In this document: positions 8,808 to 18,106 of the stretch, piece after piece | Layout: each line of letters begins with the position of its first letter | Position numbering within the stretch: position 1 is the first letter of the stretch | Translations under genes and position numbers: made by a program | NCBI GenBank assembly: GCA_040222015.1 | Contig: JAVJWO010000044.1 | Location: 1-26,820 of the forward strand | DNA length: 26,820 nucleotides | Source: Coleofasciculus chthonoplastes F2-STO-03 | GTDB lineage: Bacteria > Cyanobacteriota > Cyanobacteriia > Cyanobacteriales > Coleofasciculaceae | Direction: 5' to 3' | Notes under the pieces: generated by a model | What the model was told of the DNA's origin: nothing | Seen by the model: only the letters and a program-made list of their open reading frames with translations | Database searches by the model: none

Positions 8808-10217
8808 TTAATGCTCATGTTGTAATTGTCTAACCCCATTCATCGATAACGGTTTATAGAGACGACATAAGGCAACTTTTCGCTTTTCCAAAAGTTTAGC
8901 CACTCCATCGATAATAATGTTTACGAGATCAGCATCGCACCGGGCTAAAAATTCCTCCGACGTGATTTTTCCTTGAAAAAACTCCTGGGTGCGTTGCCAC
9001 ATCTGGAAAATCCCCTCAAATCCGATATATTGGACAACAAAGCTAGTCAGGGGAGAGGTTTTGAAATCGAAGGAAATGCTTTGAGCGCGTCCCCCTGCCA
9101 ATAATTGGCACACTTCCCGTTCTAGAAGCGTTTTAGGGCGATGCGGATTAATCAGCGTGGGAAAATAATCGCCCAAACGACCCATGGAACTGGGTTCATC
9201 GCCAAAGTCTCCCATCATAATGGTTAAGGGGACATCTGACCCTAAACGCAGGGATAAAGCTTCTAAAATAGCATTCGCTACCAATTTACTGTCTAAATAG
9301 AGCCGCGCCACTTCTAAATTACGACGAGCTTGTTCGACATAATGGATATAAATGCGATCGTCAGGTTCTCCTCGGAACCGTCGAAAAATCAGTTCAGCGT
9401 TCAGGAATTTAATGAAAACTGCCATTTTTTGGATGGCAACTCGATAATCCCTAACGGTATACGACTCTGACTTTTTCAACGTATGATTTGTTTCCGGTAA
9501 TAACTTCCAGGTATTGGATAAGAAAACAGCAGAACTCGGATGAGCAAACCCACCAACATCCCGGTTCGCCAACCGTACTGAACGCTTCACGGTTTCGAGG
9601 AGTTCGGCACTGGTTAAGTTAAAATGAAATCGCTGATTGATAGATTTCAACGACTGATATAATTCTTCGCTAGGACTTAACCCAAAATCGGATTGCGTGC
9701 GGAAGGGAATCGTCGCTTCGATACAAGCCACAACCTGCACAATCAGCGCTGGTGTCAGCAAAGGCTCTAAGAGTTTAGCTGCAACAATCGCACTTAAAAA
9801 CTCATTTTGTCCGGTAAAGGGAAATAGTTCCTCTCCTGGCGCAACCTTAAACAGAGTGGCGATTAGCTCAAAAATGGCATCACGTTCACCTGGATTATCG
9901 GTGCGGACAAACAACTTACCTCTCTCTTCCTCGATAAAAGGAGCGAGATAAGGTGTTAGGTTAAACGGAATACTCCCATCCACTTGCACGTAGATAATAT
10001 CGTGAAATAAAGCCGCCAGAACTTCAATGGCGTCCGTTGAGCCACCCACCTCCAAAATATGTTCGATGGAATGAAAATAGCGCCAGGGACCCATCATCGT
10101 TTGTACGATGATCTTGGCAAGATTCGCAAGCTGCGATTGGGCAACTTTAACGTCGAGCTGATGGGTTGCCCAGATGAGCTTGTCCAAACATTTCTGATAA
10201 TTATTATCAAAGTTCAT
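8808..10217 (-). CDS. HD-superfamily metal-dependent phosphohydrolase-like hypothetical protein
   Basis: RYFHSIEH...AALFHDIIY...IEAT...ANRD, i.e. an H...HD...D arrangement, in a 469-aa ORF. Confidence 0.65.
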   Translation of the reverse strand: MNFDNNYQKCLDKLIWATHQLDVKVAQSQLANLAKIIVQTMMGPWRYFHSIEHILEVGGSTDAIEVLAALFHDIIYVQVDGSIPFNLTPYLAPFIEEERGKLFVRTDNPGERDAIFELIATLFKVAPGEELFPFTGQNEFLSAIVAAKLLEPLLTPALIVQVVACIEATIPFRTQSDFGLSPSEELYQSLKSINQRFHFNLTSAELLETVKRSVRLANRDVGGFAHPSSAVFLSNTWKLLPETNHTLKKSESYTVRDYRVAIQKMAVFIKFLNAELIFRRFRGEPDDRIYIHYVEQARRNLEVARLYLDSKLVANAILEALSLRLGSDVPLTIMMGDFGDEPSSMGRLGDYFPTLINPHRPKTLLEREVCQLLAGGRAQSISFDFKTSPLTSFVVQYIGFEGIFQMWQRTQEFFQGKITSEEFLARCDADLVNIIIDGVAKLLEKRKVALCRLYKPLSMNGVRQLQHEH

Positions 10218-10845
10218 AATGTAAACTTAACTCATTGGGATTTTAAAAGTGCTATTGTAACTCTATACAGCTTAAACAGCTATTTACCAGGAAAAGACAG
10301 GGAAAGTGGGAGCGTTTTGAGTGTTGACCCTTCGCTTGCCTAGTCGGCAGAGTTTTGAATTAAGTCTCCTATCTCTCTGATTTCCCCATTCAAAGAATTA
10401 ACGACCTGGGAATCCCACGCGGGAGGAGTGGTTTTCAAGGGCATCTGAGAATTTTCGGATTTTCGTTGCCATGGTAGGAGACTATAGGCTTGAGTTTCAA
10501 TTGTGAAGAGGTTTTCGCCAATTTTACCTCAGCCAGATGTTTGATTGGATATGCGCCAATTGGCTGAATCTCTAAAAAGAGACTTTTAAATTGGTTCTGC
10601 TGAAGTTTAGAATCCATTCTGTCTGCGGTACTAAGAAAATTTTTCATGCCTCAAATCCTTACTGTTCCCTGTCCCTTCCCTATCTCAACCGTCAACTCTA
10701 ATGAAAGGCTGACTACTTACCGAAAAGCCAAGCGCTCCCAATTCCCAACTTGTCTATTTTTGAGCGATGATCATAGTATATCAACCTGAATAGCGCTGAT
10801 TTAAGCGTTTATCGCGAAGACAGCGCAACTACGAACCTAGCTTAT

Positions 10846-11835
10846 ATGAGCGATCGCCCTCCTGTGAATGCATCTCCCTTAACCTCTATCCTTTGGCAAG
10901 CCCAGCAGGAACTGTTATCTCCTGATCAGTTCTATCGTCTCTGCCAACAAGTGCGTCAGCAATCGGGTCAAACACGATTATACTTCTATACTCCTGATTC
11001 AGCGTTCATGGATGTAGACAACGGAATTGGCTCGCGGGGAATTAGACGATTTCTCGACTATTTAGCCCGATATGTCCGGGGGACAGTTCAGGAAGGGGAA
11101 CGCACAAGCTTTTCTCTCAAACGAGTCAGGCTCCGGCTAAAACACAAGACTAAAAGGATAATTCTGATTAAAAAAGAAGGAGAGTCTTACTCATCTCCCT
11201 TCTTTACCCAAGCCATGAAAATTGAAGTAGAAATAGCTGGAGCGGGAATGATTGGTCGGGTGGCTCGTCTGAGGATCAATGAAAAAGATTTTGCCTTTAA
11301 AGCATTTTTTGATCCCGACTTTGTCTGGCAGCACGGACCTTGGGCAGAAATTCCCATCGGGATTCGCTTAAAATATTGTCAGGTGACTAAAGATGTGCCA
11401 GAATTTTTGTTTTCTGGTCTGGATTGGGCAGTATGGGAATGGATTTATCCCCACACTCACCCTCAATCCCGAAAACAGGGGATTACATACCAGCAGTTTT
11501 CTCAAACCGAAGGACTGACGAAACTGAATCCCTTAAATCGAAATAACTACAATCCCCATAATATACGACTTGATCCAGGCGGAATTCAGAAAGCCTATTG
11601 GGGAAGACGATTTCAGGATTTTTTCCGCAGCCTTCTGTTTTATGCGCGGAAAGTTCGCCGAGAAGGATGGAAGTCTCTGACGCCATACCTAAAACCAGAA
11701 AAACTCCGCTATTTAGGGGTGCGATTAGTTTCACAGATCATAACTGGGGGGAGTCTGAGGTCGGTATCGTCGATAATGAATTGGCAGACTGTATTGACAA
11801 AGAAAAGCCATGTCAAACACCGTGAATTATCATAA
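10846..11835 (+). CDS. Hypothetical protein with a degenerate protein-kinase-like fold
   Basis: GAGMIGRV (GxGxxGxV), FAFK (beta3 Lys), AE (possible alphaC Glu), VWEW hinge, PLNRNN and RLDPG in kinase order. Confidence 0.55.
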   Translation: MSDRPPVNASPLTSILWQAQQELLSPDQFYRLCQQVRQQSGQTRLYFYTPDSAFMDVDNGIGSRGIRRFLDYLARYVRGTVQEGERTSFSLKRVRLRLKHKTKRIILIKKEGESYSSPFFTQAMKIEVEIAGAGMIGRVARLRINEKDFAFKAFFDPDFVWQHGPWAEIPIGIRLKYCQVTKDVPEFLFSGLDWAVWEWIYPHTHPQSRKQGITYQQFSQTEGLTKLNPLNRNNYNPHNIRLDPGGIQKAYWGRRFQDFFRSLLFYARKVRREGWKSLTPYLKPEKLRYLGVRLVSQIITGGSLRSVSSIMNWQTVLTKKSHVKHRELS

Positions 11836-11989
11836 GCTAAATCGTCATTTCTTAACATAAATTAGCGATTGACCTGCTCTAAAAGTTAGAGTAAAATTAT
11901 TTTTTTGATCAAGGGATAGATTAATACTTTATTCCTAGCCACAATGCTATACCCGACGAAAAATCCGGCATCTAGCAAGGACATTCTTT

Positions 11990-12544
11990 ATGCAGCCAGA
12001 ACAGCTACAGCAAATAAAAGGCTACTACCTTGAGGCTGCCGAAGCACACCTACAACTCATTGAGCAGTATTTGCTGCATCTGCGAAGCACGCTCAAAGAC
12101 CCAGACCAAGTGAATGAACTCTGCCACGCGACTCGTTGTGGTATCGTGGGGGGGGCTAACCTGCTGCCAATTAGTCAGCTTCATATCCAAGGGATTCATC
12201 AAGCAGGTTTATGCTTGGTCGATTGTGTTAATTTGATTCGACAGCAGGGTTCACTCAAGGTTGACCAGAGGTTGCAAGCATTTTTAATGCAAGTATTTTA
12301 CGCCTTGAAAAAATTAATTGATGGGATGAAGGAACCCTCTAGCTTAACCGACGAGCAGGTAACGCACATTATTGCCACAACTGAGTCAATGAGGGAGCAA
12401 CTCAAGGATCACCTCAAAGGGTTAATTCAGCGATCGCGTCACCAGTCGTCTGCTAACCTGGACACAGAGTCAGCCCAGGAAAATGAGGCGATCTCTATTG
12501 ATGACTTGCAATCTTTAATCGATGAACTCTTGCAGGATAGGTGA
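11990..12544 (+). CDS. Hpt (CheA P1-like) domain protein with a degenerate phospho-His motif
   Basis: YYLEAAEAHLQLIEQYLL.L...VNELCHATRCGIVGGANLL resembles the cyanobacterial CheA N-terminus (YFIEEA.DHL..IEQGLL...FRAAHSIKGGAAML). Confidence 0.7.
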   Translation: MQPEQLQQIKGYYLEAAEAHLQLIEQYLLHLRSTLKDPDQVNELCHATRCGIVGGANLLPISQLHIQGIHQAGLCLVDCVNLIRQQGSLKVDQRLQAFLMQVFYALKKLIDGMKEPSSLTDEQVTHIIATTESMREQLKDHLKGLIQRSRHQSSANLDTESAQENEAISIDDLQSLIDELLQDR

Positions 12545-13019
12545 ACTACCCAAACCCCCGCCATCAGTTAAATCCGTGAGTCTAAATAAACTTAACGATA
12601 TTAAGTTTTGTAAACGCCCCTCAACCCCTGATCAATGATCAAGGACAAATGACGATCCGATCACTTTTTGTAATAGATTCGTAAATGCCCTTCCACTCAA
12701 AGATTATCCAATGCTATGATTGTCAGTTGAAGCCTAAACCATTACCTCTTCATTTGGGAATGCATCTTCATTTTTATTTAAGCGAGCCAAACGCAGCAGA
12801 CGAGGCGCTATGGAAACAGTAGGCGTGTTAATCTCAGGTTGCATTTTACACTTGTCCGGTTACAACTCTAGTCGGTAACGATTCAGAGGCGCAAGCCAAA
12901 CGGCTGAGTGGAAAACTGATGCTGCGATCGCGAGATCACATAGATCACATAATCCTACCCTTTAATCACGAGGCTAAGGTTTCACTTGTCCCTACTTTTC
13001 TGAATAGGAATCAGCCAAC

Positions 13020-13382
13020 ATGAGTACAGTTTTACTAGTTGAAGACAACGCCAGTCAGATGGATCTGATCGAGAACTACCTGCACGAAGGGGGTCACACC
13101 GTTATCCGAGTGTCTAAGCCCAAAGAGGCGGTGACTCACGCAACCAACAAAAAACCCGATGTGATTATTACAGATGTTGTCATGCCAGGAATGAGTGGTT
13201 TTGAGTTGTGTCGAAAACTTAAAGGTCATCCGGCAACAGCTAACATTCCTATTATAATTTGTTCCTCTAAAAATCAAGAAATTGACCGTCTTTGGGGTAT
13301 GAAACAGGGAGCTAAAGCTTACTTGACGAAGCCTTTTTCCCAAGAGCAACTCAATCGTGCGGTTAAATTGGCAATGGCATAA
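13020..13382 (+). CDS. Single-domain CheY/PilH-like response regulator
   Basis: VLLVED, ITDVVMPGMSGFELCR, CSSK.QE.DR.WG..QGA.AYLTKPF; the acidic pocket, phospho-Asp, Ser and Lys are intact. Confidence 0.93.
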   Translation: MSTVLLVEDNASQMDLIENYLHEGGHTVIRVSKPKEAVTHATNKKPDVIITDVVMPGMSGFELCRKLKGHPATANIPIIICSSKNQEIDRLWGMKQGAKAYLTKPFSQEQLNRAVKLAMA

Positions 13383-13405
13383 TTTTAGTTTGGCATAAGA
13401 GTCCG

Positions 13406-13424
13406 ATGGGTGCATCCCATTTTT
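13406..13424 (+). terminator. Possible weak intrinsic terminator
   Basis: ATGGG-tgcat-CCCAT followed by TTTT, about 25 bp after the response regulator stop. The stem is short. Confidence 0.3.
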
Positions 13425-13464
13425 AGGGAACAGGGACTAGGGAACGGGCAACGGGCAACAGGAA
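13425..13464. repeat. Degenerate heptamer repeat tract (GGGAACA/GGGCAAC type)
   Basis: agggaac agggact agggaac gggcaac gggcaac aggaa. Confidence 0.7.
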
Positions 13465-13565
13465 TTGAAAAAATTTTAACTCATCTATTTACTTACCAGT
13501 AGGTAAACGGGTACGTCGATAAATATAAAGATATTGTAAAATTTAATTAGAGTTATTTTTTTCAA

Positions 13566-13913
13566 ATGCTGATTACCATGTTTAAAAGCAAGTTGCATCG
13601 GGTAAAAGTCACCGATGCCTGCCTGCACTATGATGGCTCAATTACCATTGATGAGGAACTCCTAAAAGCGGCAAATATTTTGCCTTACGAAAAAGTACAG
13701 GTTGTCAATGTGAATAATGGCTCTCGTCTGGAAACATATACCATTCCTGGGGAATGGGGAAGTCGCGTCATCTGTTTAAATGGTCCGGCGGCTCGTCTGA
13801 ACGCTGTTGGAGACAACGTGATTGTAATTGCTTACGCTCAGATGACACCGGAAGAAGCACTTTTACATAATCCCAAAGTCGTCAAAGTGGATGAATCCAA
13901 CAATCCATTGTAG
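13566..13913 (+). CDS. panD: Aspartate 1-decarboxylase
   Basis: KSKLHR..VT.A.LHY.GSITID (Gly-Ser self-cleavage site), [16 protein letters not shown]. Confidence 0.97.
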   Translation: MLITMFKSKLHRVKVTDACLHYDGSITIDEELLKAANILPYEKVQVVNVNNGSRLETYTIPGEWGSRVICLNGPAARLNAVGDNVIVIAYAQMTPEEALLHNPKVVKVDESNNPL

Positions 13914-13963
13914 TTTTTTTAACCATACGTAGGTATTATGGGTATTATGACAGATTGGGTATT

Positions 13964-14821
13964 ATGACAGATAAAGATTCGGAATCAGTTAAAGTATGGT
14001 GCAGTGAAATTACAGCTACCTATACTTTAGAACAACGAAAAGACTGGTATAGTGATGTCGCCAATATCTATCATCAAGCTCGACCACGCTATCCTAAAAC
14101 CCTAATTCATCGCGCTATTGAGTTAGCTCGACTTCCCGCTCAAGCTACCATTCTAGAAATAGGATGTGGTCCAGGAATTGCCACTGTAGAATTTGCGGAA
14201 TTAGGCTTCTCCATGGTTTGTTTAGAGCCAAGCCAAGAAGCGTGCAAACTCGCTAAAAATAACTGTTCAGCCTATCCCAATGTGGAGATTATCAATACAA
14301 CCTTTGAAGAATGGCAGCTAGAACCGGGGCGATTCAACGCTATTCTTGCCGCGACTTCCATGCATTGGGTTTCACCCGAAATTAGGGTGCAAAAATCGGC
14401 TGATGCTTTGCAAGACAATGGCTCTATAATTATGTTGTGGAATACACCGCCGCACCCCAATGATGAAATTTGTCATCAATTAGATGACGTTTATCAAACT
14501 CAAGCGCCATCTATTCCAAAATTTGCCAGATATGGATCTATAGAAACCCATCAAGCTAACTTAAAAGAAATTGAACAAGATTTTATCAAGTCAGGTTTAT
14601 TCCAGATTTTTTTGTCAGAACAGTTAGTTTGTGATAAAACTCATAGCATTGATGAGTATTTGACACTTTTGAGTACAATATCACCCTACATAAAGTTAGA
14701 CTCGCGGCAACGAGCGTCCTTATTTTCCGGTTTGAGAGACGTTTTAGAGAAAACATGTACCGGAAGGCTCAAAACTTCCTATCTTTCCGCATTGCAAATT
14801 GCCCAGGTCAATCACTGGTAA
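13964..14821 (+). CDS. Class I SAM-dependent methyltransferase
   Basis: Y.QARP.YP, ILEIGCGPG.AT (motif I), LEPS, FE, AATSMHWV. Start placed at ATG 13964; the ORF track starts at TTG 13955, inside a 17-bp duplication. Confidence 0.9.
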   Translation: MTDKDSESVKVWCSEITATYTLEQRKDWYSDVANIYHQARPRYPKTLIHRAIELARLPAQATILEIGCGPGIATVEFAELGFSMVCLEPSQEACKLAKNNCSAYPNVEIINTTFEEWQLEPGRFNAILAATSMHWVSPEIRVQKSADALQDNGSIIMLWNTPPHPNDEICHQLDDVYQTQAPSIPKFARYGSIETHQANLKEIEQDFIKSGLFQIFLSEQLVCDKTHSIDEYLTLLSTISPYIKLDSRQRASLFSGLRDVLEKTCTGRLKTSYLSALQIAQVNHW

Positions 14822-14881
14822 AACTGTAAGAGTTTCAAGTTTTGGGAGCAATCTCTAACTATTCGCTTTGCTTAATTTGGG

Positions 14882-15337
14882 TTAACTACACCCTTGCATA
14901 GAGCGACTTCCATTGGGCATAGTCGCTCCACAGAAATTTGTCAGATAAACATTTGCAGTCTTAATCTTGGCTTTGCGTAAATTGGCGTTAACTAAGTTTG
15001 TGCTAATTAATGAAGCATTACTTAAATTTGCTCCTGTCAAGTTGGCACTATTGAAGTTTGTCCCATTCAAATTCGCACCATCTAGAGAAGCACCACTCAA
15101 ATCCGCTTCTGCTAAATTGGCATTACTCAAATTCGCACCATCTAATATAGCCTCCTTGAGATTAGCGCCCCTTAAGTCTGCACCATTGAGATCCATCTTA
15201 CTCAAGTCACAGCCAGCGCAATCTCTCACTTTGGCTATCTTTGCCTGAACCTCAGTACTGTTTTTTTCGACAGTCGCGCTCATACAGGCAGACGTACTAA
15301 CAAGTAATAGTGGAATAATTAGGTTTAGGGGTTTCAT
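14882..15337 (-). CDS. Pentapeptide-repeat protein, probable lipoprotein
   Basis: Signal peptide ending in a lipobox-like STSAC, then C..CDL, A(D/N)Lxx repeats and a C-terminal GATMPNG. Confidence 0.92.
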   Translation of the reverse strand: MKPLNLIIPLLLVSTSACMSATVEKNSTEVQAKIAKVRDCAGCDLSKMDLNGADLRGANLKEAILDGANLSNANLAEADLSGASLDGANLNGTNFNSANLTGANLSNASLISTNLVNANLRKAKIKTANVYLTNFCGATMPNGSRSMQGCS

Positions 15338-15360
15338 AGCACGTAAGGTTTTTAAGGTTC

Positions 15361-15460
15361 TATAGCATTACGAGGATACGTTAGGACATCAGTTAATCCA
15401 AGAGGGAACAGGGAACAGGGAACAGTAAAGAATGTCTTAACCTGTCTGATTACCGCTATA
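15361..15460. repeat. Miniature inverted-repeat element enclosing a (GGGAACA)x3 core
   Basis: TATAGC-N13-GTTAGGACAT (15361-15389) / ATGTCTTAAC-N13-GCTATA (15432-15460). Confidence 0.7.
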
Positions 15461-15575
15461 CCACTTAAATTTTGGTCTGGGCGGGTTTAGTTGCATCTGT
15501 GGTTTATTAAATTCTACGTTATATTAGGACGTTATACATTTAAACGATGATAATATCGAAACATTTTGAATTGAC

Positions 15576-15602
15576 GTAGGGGTTTGGAGACCAAACCCCT
15601 AC
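15576..15602. repeat. GTAG-type REP palindrome
   Basis: GTAGGGGTTTGG-AGA-CCAAACCCCTAC, perfect 12-bp arms. Confidence 0.88.
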
Positions 15603-15858
15603 AGATGATGCCGTGAAAATGATTGGGCATGATAACGGCAGCATCAATTTCTAGGTTGTCAAAATTATCGGGGAGATGGTTCCCAACCTGATGAGTGATT
15701 TCGCCATATTCATTGAGTTGTAGCCTTTGATTCGTGATCGTGCCAAGTAAACATTCACGGTTTTGAACACAGATTGTCACAAAATAAGCCCCCGCCGGAT
15801 TATAGTCATAGGATTTTAGGCGAATTGAACATCGATGATGAATTTGAGGATTATATGT
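15576..15858 (-). pseudogene. REP-associated tyrosine transposase (RAYT, Y1 HUH), 5' fragment
   Basis: Extending the 15532-15780 frame upstream gives TYNPQIHHRCSIRLKSYDYNPAGAYFVTICVQNR...VIMPNHFHGII (HUH motif). There is no ATG, and homology ends at the REP. Confidence 0.85.
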
Positions 15859-15860
15859 TT

Positions 15861-15988
15861 TAAGCTGTCATGCATTTAAATTGCGTATTAGTAGCGAGCA
15901 AGATGCAAAGCCTGCGGCATGGCTTCGCTTAACGCACTACAAGGATTTCGTCATTGTTGACATTAAGGTTTGAATGCCGAACAGCTTA
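15861..15988. repeat. Miniature inverted-repeat element with a nested REP-like core
   Basis: TAAGCTGTCATGCATTTAAA / TTTGAATGCCGAACAGCTTA (16/20 complementary). The inner GTAGCGAGCAAGATGC...GCACTAC appears interrupted by a short insert. Confidence 0.7.
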
Positions 15989-16004
15989 ACCATTTCATTT
16001 TCCC

Positions 16005-18002
16005 TTACCGACCCACCAATTTATCCCGCAGATGCTTAATTTTATCGCGATACTGGGCAGCTTGCTCAAATTCCAGATTCTTCGCCGCCTCTTTCATCTG
16101 GGTTTCTAATTGACTAATGACTTCTGGAATCTGTTCTAAGGGTAAATCCTCCGCTTGTTCATAAACCGTTGCCAACTGTTGATGATTCAACCGTCGCGAT
16201 ACGTCTAAGAATGCCAAAATTGCATTACTCGATTTCTTGACAATCGGTTGCGGAGTAATTCCATGCATCCGGTTATATGCCAATTGAATTCCCCGACGCC
16301 GTTCTGTCTCATCAATGGCTTTTGCCATGCTATCTGTGAGATTATCCGCATAGAGAATTGCTTGTCCCTGGACATGACGCGCCGCCCGACCAATGGTTTG
16401 AATCAAGGATCGTGCTGCCCGGAGGAATCCTTCTTTATCGGCATCTAAAATAGCCACCAGAGACACTTCTGGCAAATCTAATCCCTCACGCAACAAATTT
16501 ACGCCAATAAGTACATCAAAAGCGCCCTCCCGCAATGATTGCAAAATTTCAATCCGTTCAATTGAATTAATTTCCGAATGTAAGTAGCGCACGCGAACGC
16601 CGCGATCCTGTAGATATTCGGTTAAATCTTCTGCCATGCGCTTGGTTAAGGTGGTGACCAGTACCCGTTCTTTTTTGGATGCCCGTTCCTGAATTTCCGC
16701 CAATAAGTCATCCACTTGACCTTCGGTGGGACGGACAAAGATTTCTGGGTCAACTACCCCTGTGGGGCGAATAACTTGTTCCACCACTTGTTCTTGGGAC
16801 TGTTCAATTTCCCAATTTCCAGGAGTGGCAGAAACAAAGATACATTGATTAACTTTTGTCCAAAATTCTTCTGCTTTCAGAGGACGATTATCCGCTGCAC
16901 TGGGTAAGCGAAACCCATGGTCAATTAACACCCGCTTCCGGGCTTGGTCGCCGTTGTACATCCCTCGAATTTGGGGGACAGTGACGTGGGATTCATCGAT
17001 GACTAATAACCAATCCTGGGGGAAATAATCAATTAAACATTCTGGAGGTTCCCCTGCCATGCGTCCAGCGAGGTGACGGGAATAGTTTTCTACACCATTA
17101 CAATATCCAACTTCGCGCAAGAGTTCTAAGTCATAGCGGGTGCGTTGGTCTAATCGTTGGGCTTCGAGTAATTTGCCAGCCTCTTGTAACTGGGCGATTT
17201 GTTGGTGGAGTTCGGCTTCAATAGCTTCACAGGCTTCTTCTAATCGGTCATCGGGGGTAACAAAGTGGCGGGCGGGGTAAATGTTGAGGGCGTTGAGACT
17301 TTGGATAATTCCACCTGTCACGGGGTCAACATAGCGGATTGCGTCAATCTCATCACCAAAGAATTCGACGCGAATAATTCGGTCTTCGTAAGCTGGACCA
17401 ATTTCCAGTACATCTCCTTTGACTCGGAACCGCCCTCGCCCCATTTCGATGTCATTGCGGGAATATTGGACGGAGGCTAAATCCCGCAGGAGTTGACGCT
17501 GGTCTAATTCTGTACCCACTCGCAGGGGAATCGCGGCTTTGAGGTATTCTGAGGGGATACCCAAGCCATAAATACAGCTAATTGAGGCTACCACAATCAC
17601 ATCTCGCCGTTCAAAGAGCGATCGCGTGGCTGAGTGGCGCAGCATATCGATTTCATCGTTAATGGCGGCGCTTTTCTCAATATAGGTATCACTAACGGGA
17701 ATATAGGCTTCCGGTTGGTAGTAGTCGTAGTAGGAGACAAAATACTCCACCGCATTCTGGGGAAAGAAGTCCCGCAATTCGTTACAGAGTTGGGCGGCTA
17801 AGGTTTTATTGTGCGCCAGTACCAGAGTGGGTTTGCCCGTCTGTTCGATGACTTTGGCAACCGTATAGGTTTTACCGGTTCCCGTCGCGCCGAGGAGGGT
17901 TTGGAAACGGTTTCTGGCTTGCAGAGAGGTTGTCAGGCGGGAAATGGCTTGGGGTTGGTCGCCCTTGGCTTCAAAGGGGGCTTGCAGGTTAAAGGGTGTC
18001 AT
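16005..18002 (-). CDS. uvrB: Excinuclease ABC subunit B
   Basis: [61 protein letters not shown] and a C-terminal UVR domain. Confidence 0.99.
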   Translation of the reverse strand: MTPFNLQAPFEAKGDQPQAISRLTTSLQARNRFQTLLGATGTGKTYTVAKVIEQTGKPTLVLAHNKTLAAQLCNELRDFFPQNAVEYFVSYYDYYQPEAYIPVSDTYIEKSAAINDEIDMLRHSATRSLFERRDVIVVASISCIYGLGIPSEYLKAAIPLRVGTELDQRQLLRDLASVQYSRNDIEMGRGRFRVKGDVLEIGPAYEDRIIRVEFFGDEIDAIRYVDPVTGGIIQSLNALNIYPARHFVTPDDRLEEACEAIEAELHQQIAQLQEAGKLLEAQRLDQRTRYDLELLREVGYCNGVENYSRHLAGRMAGEPPECLIDYFPQDWLLVIDESHVTVPQIRGMYNGDQARKRVLIDHGFRLPSAADNRPLKAEEFWTKVNQCIFVSATPGNWEIEQSQEQVVEQVIRPTGVVDPEIFVRPTEGQVDDLLAEIQERASKKERVLVTTLTKRMAEDLTEYLQDRGVRVRYLHSEINSIERIEILQSLREGAFDVLIGVNLLREGLDLPEVSLVAILDADKEGFLRAARSLIQTIGRAARHVQGQAILYADNLTDSMAKAIDETERRRGIQLAYNRMHGITPQPIVKKSSNAILAFLDVSRRLNHQQLATVYEQAEDLPLEQIPEVISQLETQMKEAAKNLEFEQAAQYRDKIKHLRDKLVGR

Positions 18003-18020
18003 TGGTCATTGGTCATTGGT
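17998..18020. repeat. Short heptamer repeat (GTCATTG)x3 overlapping the uvrB start codon
   Basis: gtcattg gtcattg gtcattg gt; CAT at 18000-18002 is the uvrB ATG. Confidence 0.85.
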
Positions 18021-18106
18021 AAGGGTTTGAGCGGTATTTACATAAATTCATATCGTTGAGTTCATGTTTTCCAACCTACTTACTTTGGTTTAAGGTGAGA
18101 AGAATA

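Noticed and set aside
10435..10647. 70-aa ORF in the 10218-10845 intergenic region
   Set aside because: It is short with no recognisable motif or supporting context, so it cannot be supported from sequence alone.
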